A stretch of 57,909 nt of DNA, filler included, from Basidioascus undulatus (lineage: Eukaryota): the NCBI GenBank assembly GCA_000826855.1. It is 3 parts of 3 records of this genome, joined end to end, with 100 filler letters (N's around TTAATTAATTAA, not from the genome) between each part and the next. Parts side by side here need not be neighbours in the genome. Positions count along the whole stretch, not along the records: positions 19,360 to 38,587 come from JTLS01000428.1; 2 more parts are not named here. The stretch is one strand, 5' to 3'. Of this stretch, positions 24,138 through 36,308 are shown in pieces (within the stretch, counting starts at the first letter, position 1; every line of letters starts with the position of its first letter). Position numbers and translations under genes: made by a program. The notes beneath the pieces are model-generated. The model worked only from the letters and a program-made list of their open reading frames with translations, was not told where the DNA came from and made no database searches.

Positions 24138-26155
24138 GATGGCGCTAGATGATAGCACCTGAGACGCGCAACAGCCTCGAAATGGGCTCGGTGTGATTTA
24201 GGCGATCGAGAAGCGGTTAGAAGGTATATCGTGAAAGGTTATCCTCGGTGGATATCGAGGTTGATGGTATGGTTGAAGGCATGATGGGCATCTCGAGGCG
24301 AAGAGTGCAGCTGCCGATCGAGACCCACATACGGATGTCTGGGCGCCACCGGACAGCCCACCGGCTCATCAGCTGTCTTCGCAGTCCCCCCCTCGCGGCC
24401 AAGATGTCATTCGACGCTGAGCGTACTGGTCCAAAACATGAAAGCTTTTCGAGAAAAAGTGTTTCTGGGTGTTGAATACGTCGCGGGAACCCAGGAGAAT
24501 AAGTGCGAATGACGAGCAAGGGATCGTGTCGACAATCACAACAACCAGTCTAGGGGCGGCGAGCGGCAGTCGTGCAAGTGGGTGTGCCTGGATGCGTGTT
24601 GACTTTGAAGCCGTACGCCGATCAACATTAAACCTCCGTGCGATGCTTTGCATCACTGGATGAGCAACGTATTTCCTTCACGGCAATCTGATCGCAAATA
24701 CACACTCGGAGAGAACGAAAACAGGACTCCACGCTGCAGTCTAGCCATTCCACTTCCATACTCCAGGGCTTGAATGTTAGATTAGATACCGCTACTCTGT
24801 CGTGCCCCGAGCTGGCATCTATCCTGGGCAGTGGGGTTGCGGCGTTAGAGCCGAAATGTATGCTGTCACCCTCTCGTACCGCCAACTTCCGGTGAATGCG
24901 TAGACTGGTTTGTGTTACCGACACAATGTTCTGTATAGCCAAAAGACCGGCATTACTGTTCTTCGGTCTTGACCACATGGCTGGCACCGCCGCCAGCTTT
25001 CGCGTTGGGCCCTCTGCGTCGGGTACGATGAGCCCAGGTAAGCTGTCTTAGCGAGACCGGCAAGCGAAGAGCAGGACGGATGCAATGTCAGAAGGGAATG
25101 GTCAAGACACCAGGTTTATACCAACGCATTCCGACAGATGACCCCCAAAAGACCCCCGTCGTTCCACATCTCGACGACACCCCGCCCACACCCCGGCCCG
25201 TCCCCTCGCCCGACGTAGGGCCCGAACTGAGCAAAGACCTGCCATACTACCCTCAAGACGAGCAGAACATCGAGAAGTCTCCGGTCCTGAGGTCTCGAGA
25301 AGAGCTCGAGGCAGAGGTCGAGCGGGTCCCGCCGGAGCCGTTCTCAGTCACGGGCGGGTTCAAATATGATGAGGGAAAGAGCGGAGTGCGCGGAAGGATG
25401 GAGGGGGAGGATGGGGGGAAGGAGGAGTGAGGGCTGTGGGGAGTGGAAGTGATTATTGGGGATCTTCCTGGGGTGAGATGGAGGTGGTGGGCAACTTCGG
25501 ACCAGACGATGAGCTTTCGATGGTGGCAAGAAAGGAAAGAACCGCGAATGCCGAATGAACGCTGCATGTTCCGGCATAACCCCAGGACTTCGCTCTGGGT
25601 ATAAAGTGCCCAAAAATAAAATGTACTATTTTCAGTCAAAACTGTTCAGGGAACGTGCAATACAGGTTCTTTACAGTGGACGCAGCGCCGGGTCTTCCGA
25701 GTGGGCGCCGCGGCATTGCATAGTACTGCCCTTGCAACCTCGTCTTTGTACAAGTCTTTTCCCCCCACGTGATCCTAAAGACCCCTCTACAGTCTCTCTT
25801 ATCGCAGATATAGTCATTCCCTCAATCTACCACTGCAGCGCAGCTCTGCCCTTCGCAAACTTGTGCGGCCTGGCAGTGTCGTACGGACCCATGCATGATC
25901 TGAAAGATGCGAAACAGGTTTCGATATATCAGGTTCTACCAGGGTAGCCTGAGTCAATCGTCAGTCTCGGCGGAAACGACGATGCGTCAGGTCGTCACAT
26001 AATTGAGCGGCCTCGACGCGACGCCTCGGAAAGGCCTCAGGCTTGTTTGCTTCTCCACCGCCTTTTCGCCTTCCTCCTACGCCTTTCGCTTCCAACCTCC
26101 GCTCGCACATTCTCCCGATCTAACCTCAGACATACCCTTTCGATCGCATACCCTT

Positions 26156-26585
26156 ATGCCAGGCCTTCTGCCTTTCCGCCGCCCCCACTGGCCGCCCTCG
26201 AAAGTCCTCACCGAGCCGGTCCTCTGGTTCGACGGCTTCGAGGCGCGCTACGTCGACGACTCCGACTTCGAAAACATCTTTCGCGATGCTGGGCTTGGGC
26301 AGGTCAAGTGCGCCACGCCTTACCTTGCGCTGAGAGCGCGCGCTGACGAGCGAGAGGCGGGCAGTGTGCATATCGATCGTTCAGGGGAAGGCGGGTATCT
26401 CAGGCGAGCAAAGTCGTTTTTGAGTGTATCGAGGCTGGTGGCGAGGATTCCGCCCTTCATTTTGCCAGAACTTGCCGGTAACTGACGCCTCTTGATCAAG
26501 TGACTCGCGAAGACATTCATTCAGCATCTGTACGGCCTGCTAACTCTAAATCCAGTCAAGCGTCTATCTCACCGTGAACTTTGAG
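26156..26585 (+). pseudogene. 5' fragment of a hypothetical gene
   Basis: Two coding-like exons (MPGLLPFRRPHWPPSKVLTEPVLWFDGFEARYVDDSDFENIFRDAGLGQVK, VHIDRSGEGGYLRRA) that run into unrelated sequence. Confidence 0.35.
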
Positions 26586-27159
26586 GTGATTGGTTGAGCT
26601 CCTGGTGCGACCACGCCTCCTTGGTTCCCGTAGTAGTCTAAGTCACGGCACTGAAGAAGTGACAATCAGTGGGATTCACTAGCATGCATGCAAGGGGCCC
26701 ACATAGACTCCGAAGCACTGTCGACATGAGAAAGGTGGATCAGACGAAAATGGCTCCCCAGATCTATCCCAGGACCACTCACGATGTTCTGTCACATGAA
26801 ACTCCCTGTCAGTTCAGAAGCACAAGAACAAGAACAGACCGCCGGAGTGCTCACCTCGTATTTGTTGGGCAGTACAACTGCAGGGAAGTTGTGTTAAGAG
26901 TCAAGGGAACTTCCAGACGGAATATAGGGAAAACGCACTCGAACTGAAGCCCTAGAATAGGCGCAGCAGGCACTTGGCGTTCATACATCCTGGCGTTTCC
27001 GTGTTGATACGGAGCATAAGAAAGCCCACTCGAAAACACTGCACAGCGATCATGCCTCCCCGAATTCGTGTGCAGGATCCCTTCACCCTGAAACTGTTGC
27101 CTGCAGAAGACACTTGTACGTAAAACTGGGAGTAGATACGAGTGGTGAATTAAGTTGTT

Positions 27160-27570
27160 GTCCACGGTCGGATCCCTCTTCGATACGCTCGCGTGCCAGA
27201 CCGGCTCGAGTATTTCAAGCGACGCTACCGTCACACTCTGAACCTGGACTACAACGTGGGTTGTGTTCTACCATTTCGTATGTCTATTTCGAGAAATTTA
27301 CTGACTACTTTTGGAAACTTTTATCAGGTCTACGCTGGTGCTGTGGGTGATTGTGCCTGGGCAGCTGGCGGGTGCCCCATCACTCGCCAGAACTACATCG
27401 ACTGGTACTACAACGCTCTTACGCAGATCGGCGCCACAGCCTGGCCGTGAATCTTCCGCATACAAATTCTTGACTTTTGATGAGAATGCTGATCAAAGTA
27501 TTCGGACCAGGTTAGCGCCAACGGCAAGGCGCAGATTTCGCCAGCGTGGACCTTCTCGCACATCGGTACG
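27160..27570 (+). pseudogene. Relic of a basidiomycete small secreted Cys-containing protein family
   Basis: LDYN|VYAGAVGDCAWAAGGCPITRQNYIDWYYNALTQIGATAWP resembles a recalled uncharacterised GCPITxQN(F/Y)ID family. Upstream frameshift/stop; no start or signal peptide found. Confidence 0.5.
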
Positions 27571-28527
27571 TCTGCTCTTCCCCCTCCCTCTGCCCCTCCG
27601 TGCCTGAGCCCCTCACTCCGTCTCACACCCTTCGTTGTAGGCCTCACCCTGACCTTCAACCTCGAGCCGTACCGCCCGGCCGCGACGCTTCTCGCACAGC
27701 GCGAGGAAGGCGCGTCCGTGTCGCTCGCACACGGTCTGAGGAAACTGGGGTCGTAGGTGACGCAGATGCCCACGCCGAGCGACCGGCTTCAGCAACTTCC
27801 GGCTGTCCTTGCGTTCCCGAGATATTGCTGATGCACGAGGGATTGGTGGCGGTGGGGACAGAGTTCTATCATCCAGAAGGCGAGGCGGCTTCAGAAGGCG
27901 CTGGCTGCGACGTTCGAGGGAGAGGGATCATAGCCAGTCCTGCTGCATCGTTGCGAACTGCAATTTTATCCAATTTCATCCGTCATTTGAACGCTCGGTT
28001 GATGGCCTGTCGAGGCTCTCCGTACATCAGGGCGTTCGAAGACGTAGACAGCAGCACAGCTGCAGCCTGCAGGTTGTGAGAGCTGACTGCATTGCGTGAT
28101 CAAGGTCAAGCCTTTGAATAATGAGCGTGATTGCATATTTTTCTGGGGTGTCTATCACCCCTCTTCGCACCTCTGTTCATTGAAGGGGGTGAGAAAAAGC
28201 GACACCTCAACCTTGGCCGCCCATGCTGCTCCTTGATTCCGCCCTTGTCTTTTCTTCCCTCGTTTACACCATTACTAGCTCTTGATGGGCACGCGAACGA
28301 GGAGGTACTTTTGGTTCCATACTGAAACACCCAGCTTGATCATGCTAGTACGCTGCTCTTGCCCATATTCGAGAAAGCGCGGTGCAACTACACGAGCCCG
28401 CACAACAAACATTTGGCTCTCTCATGGTTCGCAGCATCGCAACACCCTAATAGTACTTTTTGATTCTTCTGTCTCTCTGCTCAGCTTGAATGTACACGGC
28501 AGGCCTTGCGCATGTAAGACGTCGACT

Positions 28528-29247
28528 TCATGCGCCTCCATCCTTGATCTCAGCCCCGTCCAGCTCGCCCCCATAACCGTCAAACACGCCCGGAACCGCG
28601 ATGTCGTCGAAGTTCATGTTCCCCTGTTCAGCAAGGAGACACGCGGCCTTTTGTGAGCACCTCGCGAGGCTGGACTGAGCGGATGGGAAAGTGGAGCGCA
28701 CATCGTCAACGTTTCCGTGAAAGAGGTACATGTACTTGAGTGAGACACGGGCTAGGAATTACAATAAATCAGCGCTTGTGACTTTGCACATCTCAGTCGA
28801 ACGCACTTGTAAGGAAGCCACCGAAGTAGTCATGCTCCTCTTCTAGGTCCACCACCTTCAAGCTCACGTCGTCCGCTTTTCTGCCCTCCTCGCCCAGCTC
28901 CTTAAACGTATTTTCATCCGCAAGGTACACCATGGGGTAGTGCCCCATCGAGGCCGTGCCCGCCGTCCGCCACGCGTACTCCTCCACCAAAAGCTCGCGG
29001 AGCTTGGCAATGTGCCCCGCGAAGTCGGGCTTCACGCCTTGGAAGCCGTCCCATGGGAACCCGGACTCGCACGGGTCAGAGAAGAGGATGGCGTGGGGAA
29101 GCGCGTCCTTGTTGAGGGAGAAGATGCGGATGAGGCGCGCCCAGAGCGCGTCGGAGGGACGGGTCGAAGACGAGGCGGAGGACGGCGTGTCCGCCTTTGG
29201 TCGGTGAGAGTAGGCTGGCGGTCGATTGAGCGTCGAGAAGAAGACAT
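28528..29247 (-). pseudogene. DUF6924-like hypothetical protein with 5' frameshifts
   Basis: AVLRLVFDPS/SDALWARL, MVYLADENT, LKVVDL, EQGNMNFDDIAVPGVFDG follow the recalled DUF6924 pattern. Two frame changes needed in the first 100 bp. Confidence 0.45.
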
Positions 29248-30639
29248 AATGGCTGCGCTGTGGGCAACAGGAGGTTTGGGAACTTCGCGATGCCAGAGAT
29301 GCCTTCACTCCGTCCTGGCTAGGGTTATTGTTTAACGGCTACTACTGCAAGCGGTCGCCGCCCGTGAGGAGGATTGTAATTGGCTGCAATCTTCTGTAAC
29401 TATTCCTGCTCACTTGCAATTAATCGAATTATATCGACGGAATGTAAGGGGAACGCGAACTTCGCTAGAACCGCATGGTGTTTGACTAGCTCTCAATGAT
29501 ATCTCGGGCCCTTTCCCGGGCGGACCTTCATAAACAAGAACCGCTCCCCGCAATGCCCCTGCCGGCGAGGCCGAGTTGCATGCGAGTCGGAGGAGGATCA
29601 ACGAAACTCTACATGTGCATGCACAGTTGATTCAAGAGGCGGCCGCCAGTTGCGGCGACAGACTGCGCTGCCTTTATAAGAGGCTGCTGTGCGCCGGAGC
29701 AGACCATCCTTTCCCCCATCGACTGTGTTGATTGAGACAACTTTTCACATGCCGAATGCTTTTGGTTGTCCAGCGCATTGGTTGTCCAGCGCATCCATCA
29801 TGGTTGGTGCTGTCAGCTGTGCGTTGAACCGGAGTCTTCGCATCAATAGAGCCCTCGCTGCCTCTGAATGTCATGCCTTTTTATGAACTTGTATGGAAAG
29901 CACTGGGTGGATCCGGGGATACCGGCCACAGCTGGAACAGCAGCAACGACTGGGAGCGTGCTACTTCAGTGCTTGCGGATAAGCTTAAATAACAAGGATC
30001 TTAGACTTCCGGGAAGCTTTCTGTATGTGCGTTCCAAATCCTTTCCCTTACGAAAAGACAGAACGCTGACCACCGCAGCGGCTCCATGAACACAGAGATT
30101 CACATGCATCGCTGCAAAGCCGGGCAGCCTGACCGTGATCGCCTTTACTAGACCCATTTGAAATCCCAATTGTCTACCCCACAAGGCCGGACCGTCGAGC
30201 ATACCGGATGTGGCATGCTTGACCGGAGTCGGCACGCCGCAGTTGGGCGTCACGTTCGCTGATAGTGATTAAGGCAGCAGCCTTTCTGTGGCGGCTGGTA
30301 CAGGCTGACAACATACCTTGATTTGCAGCGCAGCCAGGGTGAGACTTTAGATCTTTGGAAGCGGAACATCATGGCACTTACGAGTCGCCGGGTTGCATCT
30401 TTTTGGCACTGATTGTTCCGCCTTGACCCGCAACGATATCAACTTAGCGCATCTGACAACTGCACGAGTTCAAAGAGAGGAGTCTCACGGCAGTTCTCTC
30501 GTGGGGACAGGCAGCGTGTTGCGGTGTGCCCCCCTGCGTAGCCTGTGTCCTGCCCAGCGGTGGTGGAAGCGTACGGGAACTCGCCGCAGCTGGAGTGCGC
30601 TCAGCAAATGAATCAGTATTCGGGGCTGCACATATTTTA

Positions 30640-31510
30640 GTAACCGTTGCCAGCATACTTGAAGGGGAAAAACCGGGCATTGTGCTGGCTTCCAACATTC
30701 AAGACTGTCCCGCCTACACCTGTCTGGAACCTCAGACCTCTGGAAAGTCTGAAAAGCAGACAGTGGTGTCTGTGAGATTCTGTGAGGCCGGGGACCCTCC
30801 ATCTGTGAATTTGATGTTCTGTGTCTGTTGGGAAAATAAAACTGTCCTTCACACAGATTTGCGCCTTCCTGAAGGACTGCCTTTTCCCCAGGGCAGTCCT
30901 TCTTCACTGGTGGCTGTCCTCCACTCTATGACTGCCATTTTGTCAGGTTGTCCTTCATTCAGGGCCTCCACTCCAGGACTGCCATTCTGTCAAGGCTGGC
31001 TTTACAGCTATCATTTACCCAAGGACTGCCAGTTCCAACAAAACCATGCCTGCTCACAGTTATCTGATGCATCAATTGTCAGTATGACAGTTCTAATCAA
31101 TGTTGCAACATTGCCAAGTTCATCAACCCAGGTCTGTCTTTTCTGGCCTTCTGCCACAGCAAAGATCATGCTGTATTCTGCTTCAGGGTGTTCTGCTTCA
31201 GATAAGCTGCCGTTTGAGAGCGGGGTGGCAGCGCGGAGAATTGTTTGGGCTCAGGGGTGCGTGTTGCGACAGAGCGGCGCAGCGGCTGCATGATGTGCCA
31301 AAGAGGTTTGGCAGTTGGAGGAGCGGAGGCAGGCGGAGTTGTGGACTGGCGAGGAGACTCTGGAGCTGGCTCGGCCGGAGGCTGCAGGGAGGAAGTGGTA
31401 GGCAAAGGGGATGGAGTTGTGCTGAAGACAGTGCTGGCGGTAGGTGTGACGGAAGTCAGAGCAGGGAGTGGAAGGTGCGTACGAGGGTCAGCGAGCGAGG
31501 GCAAAAGGAG
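30640..31510 (-). pseudogene. CpG-depleted, mutated low-complexity ORF or repeat relic
   Basis: No CpG from about 30865 to 31210, with TG/CA abundant; the Pro/Ser/Thr-rich minus-strand frame ends at TGA 31166 just inside this tract. Confidence 0.5.
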
Positions 31511-33323
31511 CTGAATGAAACAGGTAGAAGAGGCATTGATGGCTATCGCCAAAATCATAAACAGAAAGGACGGAGAAGGGCGAAGGTGGGAGCCGACCAG
31601 GAGCACCAGGCGCAGAACAGTGCCGGCGCTGCCACATGTGAAAAGAAAGCAGCAAAGCTGAGGACAGCAAAACGAGCGGAGATGCCGTAGTTCATCTTGG
31701 CAAATTCGGTCGCAGTTTGAATATTGATGGTTCCGTCGCGAGATAGTGTCACAGCCAGGGTGGGTGTCGGGGTACAGTTCTCTGTGAAGGGACGCGAGCT
31801 CAGATGTGAAGCTGGAGAATGTGCAATGGTGCAAGAAAAATAAAACTCTGAATCTGTGCATCTGAATCTGTGCATATATGGACTCGCAGCTCAAGGGGAG
31901 GAGTTGCGAACACACTCGGCGGTGCAGGTTCGCGACCTTTCGCCTTCCTTGGTCATACTCCTCCTCGAGCCCCCCGCGCGGCAAGCCTTCTTTGATCACA
32001 ACACCCAGTTCGCGCCGCTGCGGGACGGGCTTGTGCGGGCTGCGGAGAAGGACGTGAGCTCTTCTATTTTCTCTTCTCACTTACGAGGGGCGTTGGGGAG
32101 TACTGATCGGGGTTGGGGGAACAGGACGCGTTCAGGCAGTTCTTGGGGGTACGTGTGATCAACTTAGAGACGCGGGCTACGTTGGGATGGAGGCGGCTCA
32201 CGGCGGGGTGCAGCCGCGGTGGGTCGCGGCGTCTATAAGAAGCGCTCCTGATATAGAGGGATGGTTTGATCTCCAAGAACGTAGACTTGAAATGACAGCT
32301 TTTCAGGCCTGCATTCTTTTGTCTGTCGAACTTGGGGTTGGGTGTGCAGGCGTCTGACTTCCTGGCGCGCACTCCGTCTTTCTGGACTGTTCTGCTTACC
32401 CGGACTAGGTTGGCTGCAGTGTTTTTCCTACAGACTTGTTCTCCCTCCACTCAAACGAAACTCTCCTGCGCCTCCGCTCAACCAAAATATCACCTTCGGT
32501 CAACCATCTATGCCTTGACCTGTCGCGCCCCTCGCTTTGGAACTTGACCCAGCTTGCCGTGCTCTGCTCGAACCCCGGCGAGTGGAGCACAGGGCTGTTT
32601 GCGACGGGATTGTCGACCGAAGAGATCATCATCATCTTACATTTTCTCTGGAACACATTTGTCGTTCAGTTCCCTTTCCTATCAGAGATCGGTGAATTGG
32701 GAGCCTGCTTCCAGCGCAACGGTACGTCTTGTCCACCTTCTGAGCTGCTGTTCTTGGAAGTCTGCGATTTCGACCGGACTTGTCAGCTGGAAGCCGTGGT
32801 GAAATAAGAGCTGGAGAACGTCGTTGCTCAAATGAAAGCTATCGCCGGCGGACGCACACCCTTCATTCTCGACATCGAAGCGCATAGGCTTCTTAGGCAG
32901 CTTGAGGCAGCAGACCTGTTGCAAAGAATGCCAGTGAGCACCTCATGATGATGAGCGCGTTTTCTTAGCAGGAGTGTTCGAAGGTACATATCGTAGCTTG
33001 TTCTTACCACATCGCGCTAAATCAGCGCCAATTTAATCTCCCGGCAAGTCGGCGGCAGCCCACCTCTTCTGCAGCTCAATGACGGATGTTCAGATCGTCA
33101 AATGCACGTAAAATAAAAAGTGAGTATTGAGCAGACGAGCTCATCCAAAAGAGCAAAGGCGAAAGTGGTGTACTGCATGAGACTCACCCGGGGACCTGCA
33201 TCAGGGCATTTTCGTCGAAGCAGCGCTATCCACGTCAACGGCACTGTCACGGTTTTAAGCTCTGATCCAGTTTCTACTCTCCATGTATCGAATTGAACTT
33301 TCGACAATATCGGCACTCGGAGG

Positions 33324-33884
33324 ATGCGATGGACCTACGCCCGCCTGCGTTCACTCTATTGTCTGACTGAGCGAAAGGTCATAGCTACATGGCTGCTGGA
33401 TTTCAGGGGCGTCCTTCACCCGACGTCCGACCACGCCACCCTCCTTATAATGCGCAATGCTCGCATTGGGGAAACTTCTTCGGCCTTGTACAACTTGCTT
33501 CTTTCGGAGATACAAGAGGATCTCAGGGACTCCTGGTTGATTACTAAGTCCTACAGGGCGTTATGTGCCGAGCTGGGCGAAGGCTTTGTCAAGTGGGAGC
33601 CCTGGTGTGAGGTCTGCGGAGAACCCTGCACCTCCATGTGCTCACAGTGTAAAGGCGCGACGTACTGCTCTCGCGAGCATCAGCGCAAGGACTGGTCGGA
33701 GCACAAGGAGTGCGTTGTGACTGACTGATACATGCTCTGATTTTTTGCTCACGCAAAATGGTGCGACAATGGTGCAATGCTCACCGTCTCTCAGAACGTT
33801 GGGAGGACCTTCGGACGACAGATGGACGTCAGGGGACGACTTGTTGCCTGGAGGCACATTGCTAGAGCTATGTCGATCAGGTAG
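33324..33884 (+). pseudogene. MYND zinc-finger protein, probably inactivated
   Basis: CEVCGEPCTSMCSQCKGATYCSREHQRKDWSEHKE. The last Cys (WC) lies after a GTGCGT intron whose expected acceptor reads CGCAAAA with no AG. Confidence 0.65.
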
Positions 33885-34629
33885 AGCCGTTTGCAGATCT
33901 CTAGAAACAAAGAGTTTCTTTCAAGAGGGGCTGTTCATATTCTGAGTTTCTTTCAAGCAGATCGAGGAAGACAGTAACGTGCAGGTTTTGACGGTCGGCG
34001 CTCGACAAAAAAAACATGCTGCAAGAGATCGGCAAACGGCTGTACAAACAGCAGGCAACGCAGCAATGCCGTCTGCCCTTCAGAGCCCCTGCCTGCCGGG
34101 GTGTCACTGAATTTTACCTTCGCTATCTGTCAGAAATTCGCCAGGGGCAGTCTTTCTGGCTATGCAGCTCTTGAAGAGAGGTTATCCAGCTGCAGCATAC
34201 AACAGCATGGCATTGTTCCACTGCTTGCCTGGTATCATACAGATATCTGACCTTCACCTATAACGGGATCACATAAACCGCTAGTTGGGGGAGTTAGCGC
34301 GAAGGGAGAATCAAAGGGGTTTGAGTGGCTGTGGTGTCCAACCTTGGTTGAGAGAACCCCTCGCGGCGTCGCGGCGGACGCGCAGGTCTATTTATTCTCT
34401 TTTTCGTTCCAAGTCACTGTTACGCCTACATAACGGTAGTGCATATTGAATAGACCCAAGGGTTTGGTACACGCCACGCATCGCCTTGAGGCGCCGGGTA
34501 GAGCTGTCACGGCCATGGTAGCCCTGGTTCATTTTAGCTTGTGAGTTCCGTCGAAGGAACCTTCAAGTCAAGCACTTGTTAGTTGTGTACGTCCCATCGT
34601 CGAGTTCAGTCTCTTTAACCTTCACCCTC

Positions 34630-36308
34630 ATGCCTGATCGTACAGCTCTCGTCCTCTTCGCCTGGGCCGTCCGCGCGCTGGCGGATCCAGCGGGAAGCAC
34701 GGATGCAACGTGCACTTTCCCTAACAACGGCTACGGGTCGTTCAATTGGGTAAGTCACACTTCCAAAGGTCTGTGCTTCGGGAAGGGTCGCGGTTGACAT
34801 AAATGCCAATCGGTGGATGGCTGCTGTCTGTTCACTCTCCGTAGACAATCAACGGTGCAGGCCAGTCGCCTTGCCTCGTGGCCGCAGAGCTGCTGAGTGC
34901 ATGTTCGGGCGATCGTGAGTCGTGTTGCAAGCTGGTGCAGACGGTGAGGTTGGGCTGGGATGAAGGCTTACATGGCTGTTACTGTTCGTTAGCCGTGACC
35001 ATCCCCGCGTTGAGCTCGGACAGTTCATGGGTCGCAGAGACAAACGTACGTTTCTCTGGCGATCGCCTGTGTAGCGAGCACGGTGACTGACACGCTGGCA
35101 ACGTTCAGTCAGGAGATAGCTACTCGTACTATGTTCCACCATCTTCAGAGGCGACGGAGTGCGCTTGTTCTTCGACCGTGTACTCTCTTTTAAGCGCCTG
35201 CAGTTATTGTCAGGATGGCTCAGGGACATCCCCGTGAGTGGGCGGTTGCGATGACAAGTGTCCTGGCGCACTCCACGACGGTCGAATGCGACCGGCTAAC
35301 CTGTGGCCCTGTTCTTTGAATATGCGGCAGATGGAGTGTCCCGTCCGGTTATGCAAGCCGCTGGACGCCCTATGTGGCGTATTGCTCGAACCCAACGACC
35401 AGCAGGTGAGTGCCTCATCGTGATTGTTACTGAGCTGTCCTTCTGACTCAGATGTGCCAGGTTTCCGAAACCGATACCTTTAGGTGCGCCTGATTTAAAG
35501 GTCCTTGAAATAGTAAATTGTCTGCTGAACTCTTGCACTTGTCAAGGCGTTGCGGTGCCGGCGTGGGCGTCCATCGCCCCAGTCACCGGGGTCAACAACG
35601 AGTGTGTATTCATCGATACTTCTTTCTACAGAAAACCATGCCGGCCGAGGTCTGACTGGGACCGTATTCAGTGGAGTATGGTGGGACTGGGAGGCTAGTC
35701 GGACAGTCGCAATCAACGGCGTGCCCGACACCGTTGGGACCGCCCCCAAAACCTCTTCCACGACATCCACTGAACCTTCCTCTACCCCCTCACCTACGGC
35801 CTCCGATTCCCGCAGCTCGGGCGCCACGAACGTGGGTGCCATCCTGGGTGGTGCGCTCGCGGGGGCAGGGGCGGTGGCGATCATAGCCGCAGTGGCCGGG
35901 TGCTGCTGGCTGCGTCGGCGGCGGCGGCGGGCGGATCGGGAGGGAGAGCCTGTGCAGCGCTTGCATAGCAGCGTGGAGCTCGACGACGGGCTAAGCCCCT
36001 ACACGGATGGGGGCCACGAGCACGAGGCGAGGATGGTCGGGCAAGCGTGGACGCCGCTTGGTTCTCCGGAAGATCAAGGTGCGCTTACTGCATTCATTTT
36101 ATTCTGCTTTACTTGATTTCTCATGCTGTATCTGCTTCCAGTATCATCGGCACCTCAGAACAACTCCGGACACTTTCACGACGACTTGCCTCCGCCAGAG
36201 TATACTCCGCCGTCCTCAACTTCCTTGAGCGGCGCGTCTTCCAACCACCTTACATCCACCCATTCCGGGGCGCCGGTGAGAGGAAAGGCGGGTCTGTACC
36301 GTGGCTGA
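34630..36308 (+). CDS. Type-I membrane protein: signal peptide, Cys-rich ectodomain, Ser/Thr stalk, TM helix, PPxY tail
   Basis: Exons: DATC..FNW|TINGAGQSPCLVAAELLSAC, IPAL, ECACSSTVYSLLSACSYCQ, PIPLGVAVPAWA, TSSTTST stalk, VGAILGGALAGAGAVAIIAAVAGCCWL-RRRRRR, DDLPPPEY. Confidence 0.85.

Noticed and set aside
25080..25430. 116-aa Pro/Glu-rich ORF
   Set aside because: Coding-like but with no family motif or supporting exons; may be another relic but cannot be supported.
30526..31293. 255-aa plus-strand ORF
   Set aside because: Cys/Leu/Ser-rich composition is what CpG-to-TpG decay produces; probably a chance frame.
32064..33010. Stop-interrupted minus-strand frames
   Set aside because: Two frames look equally plausible and neither has a recognisable transposase or other domain.
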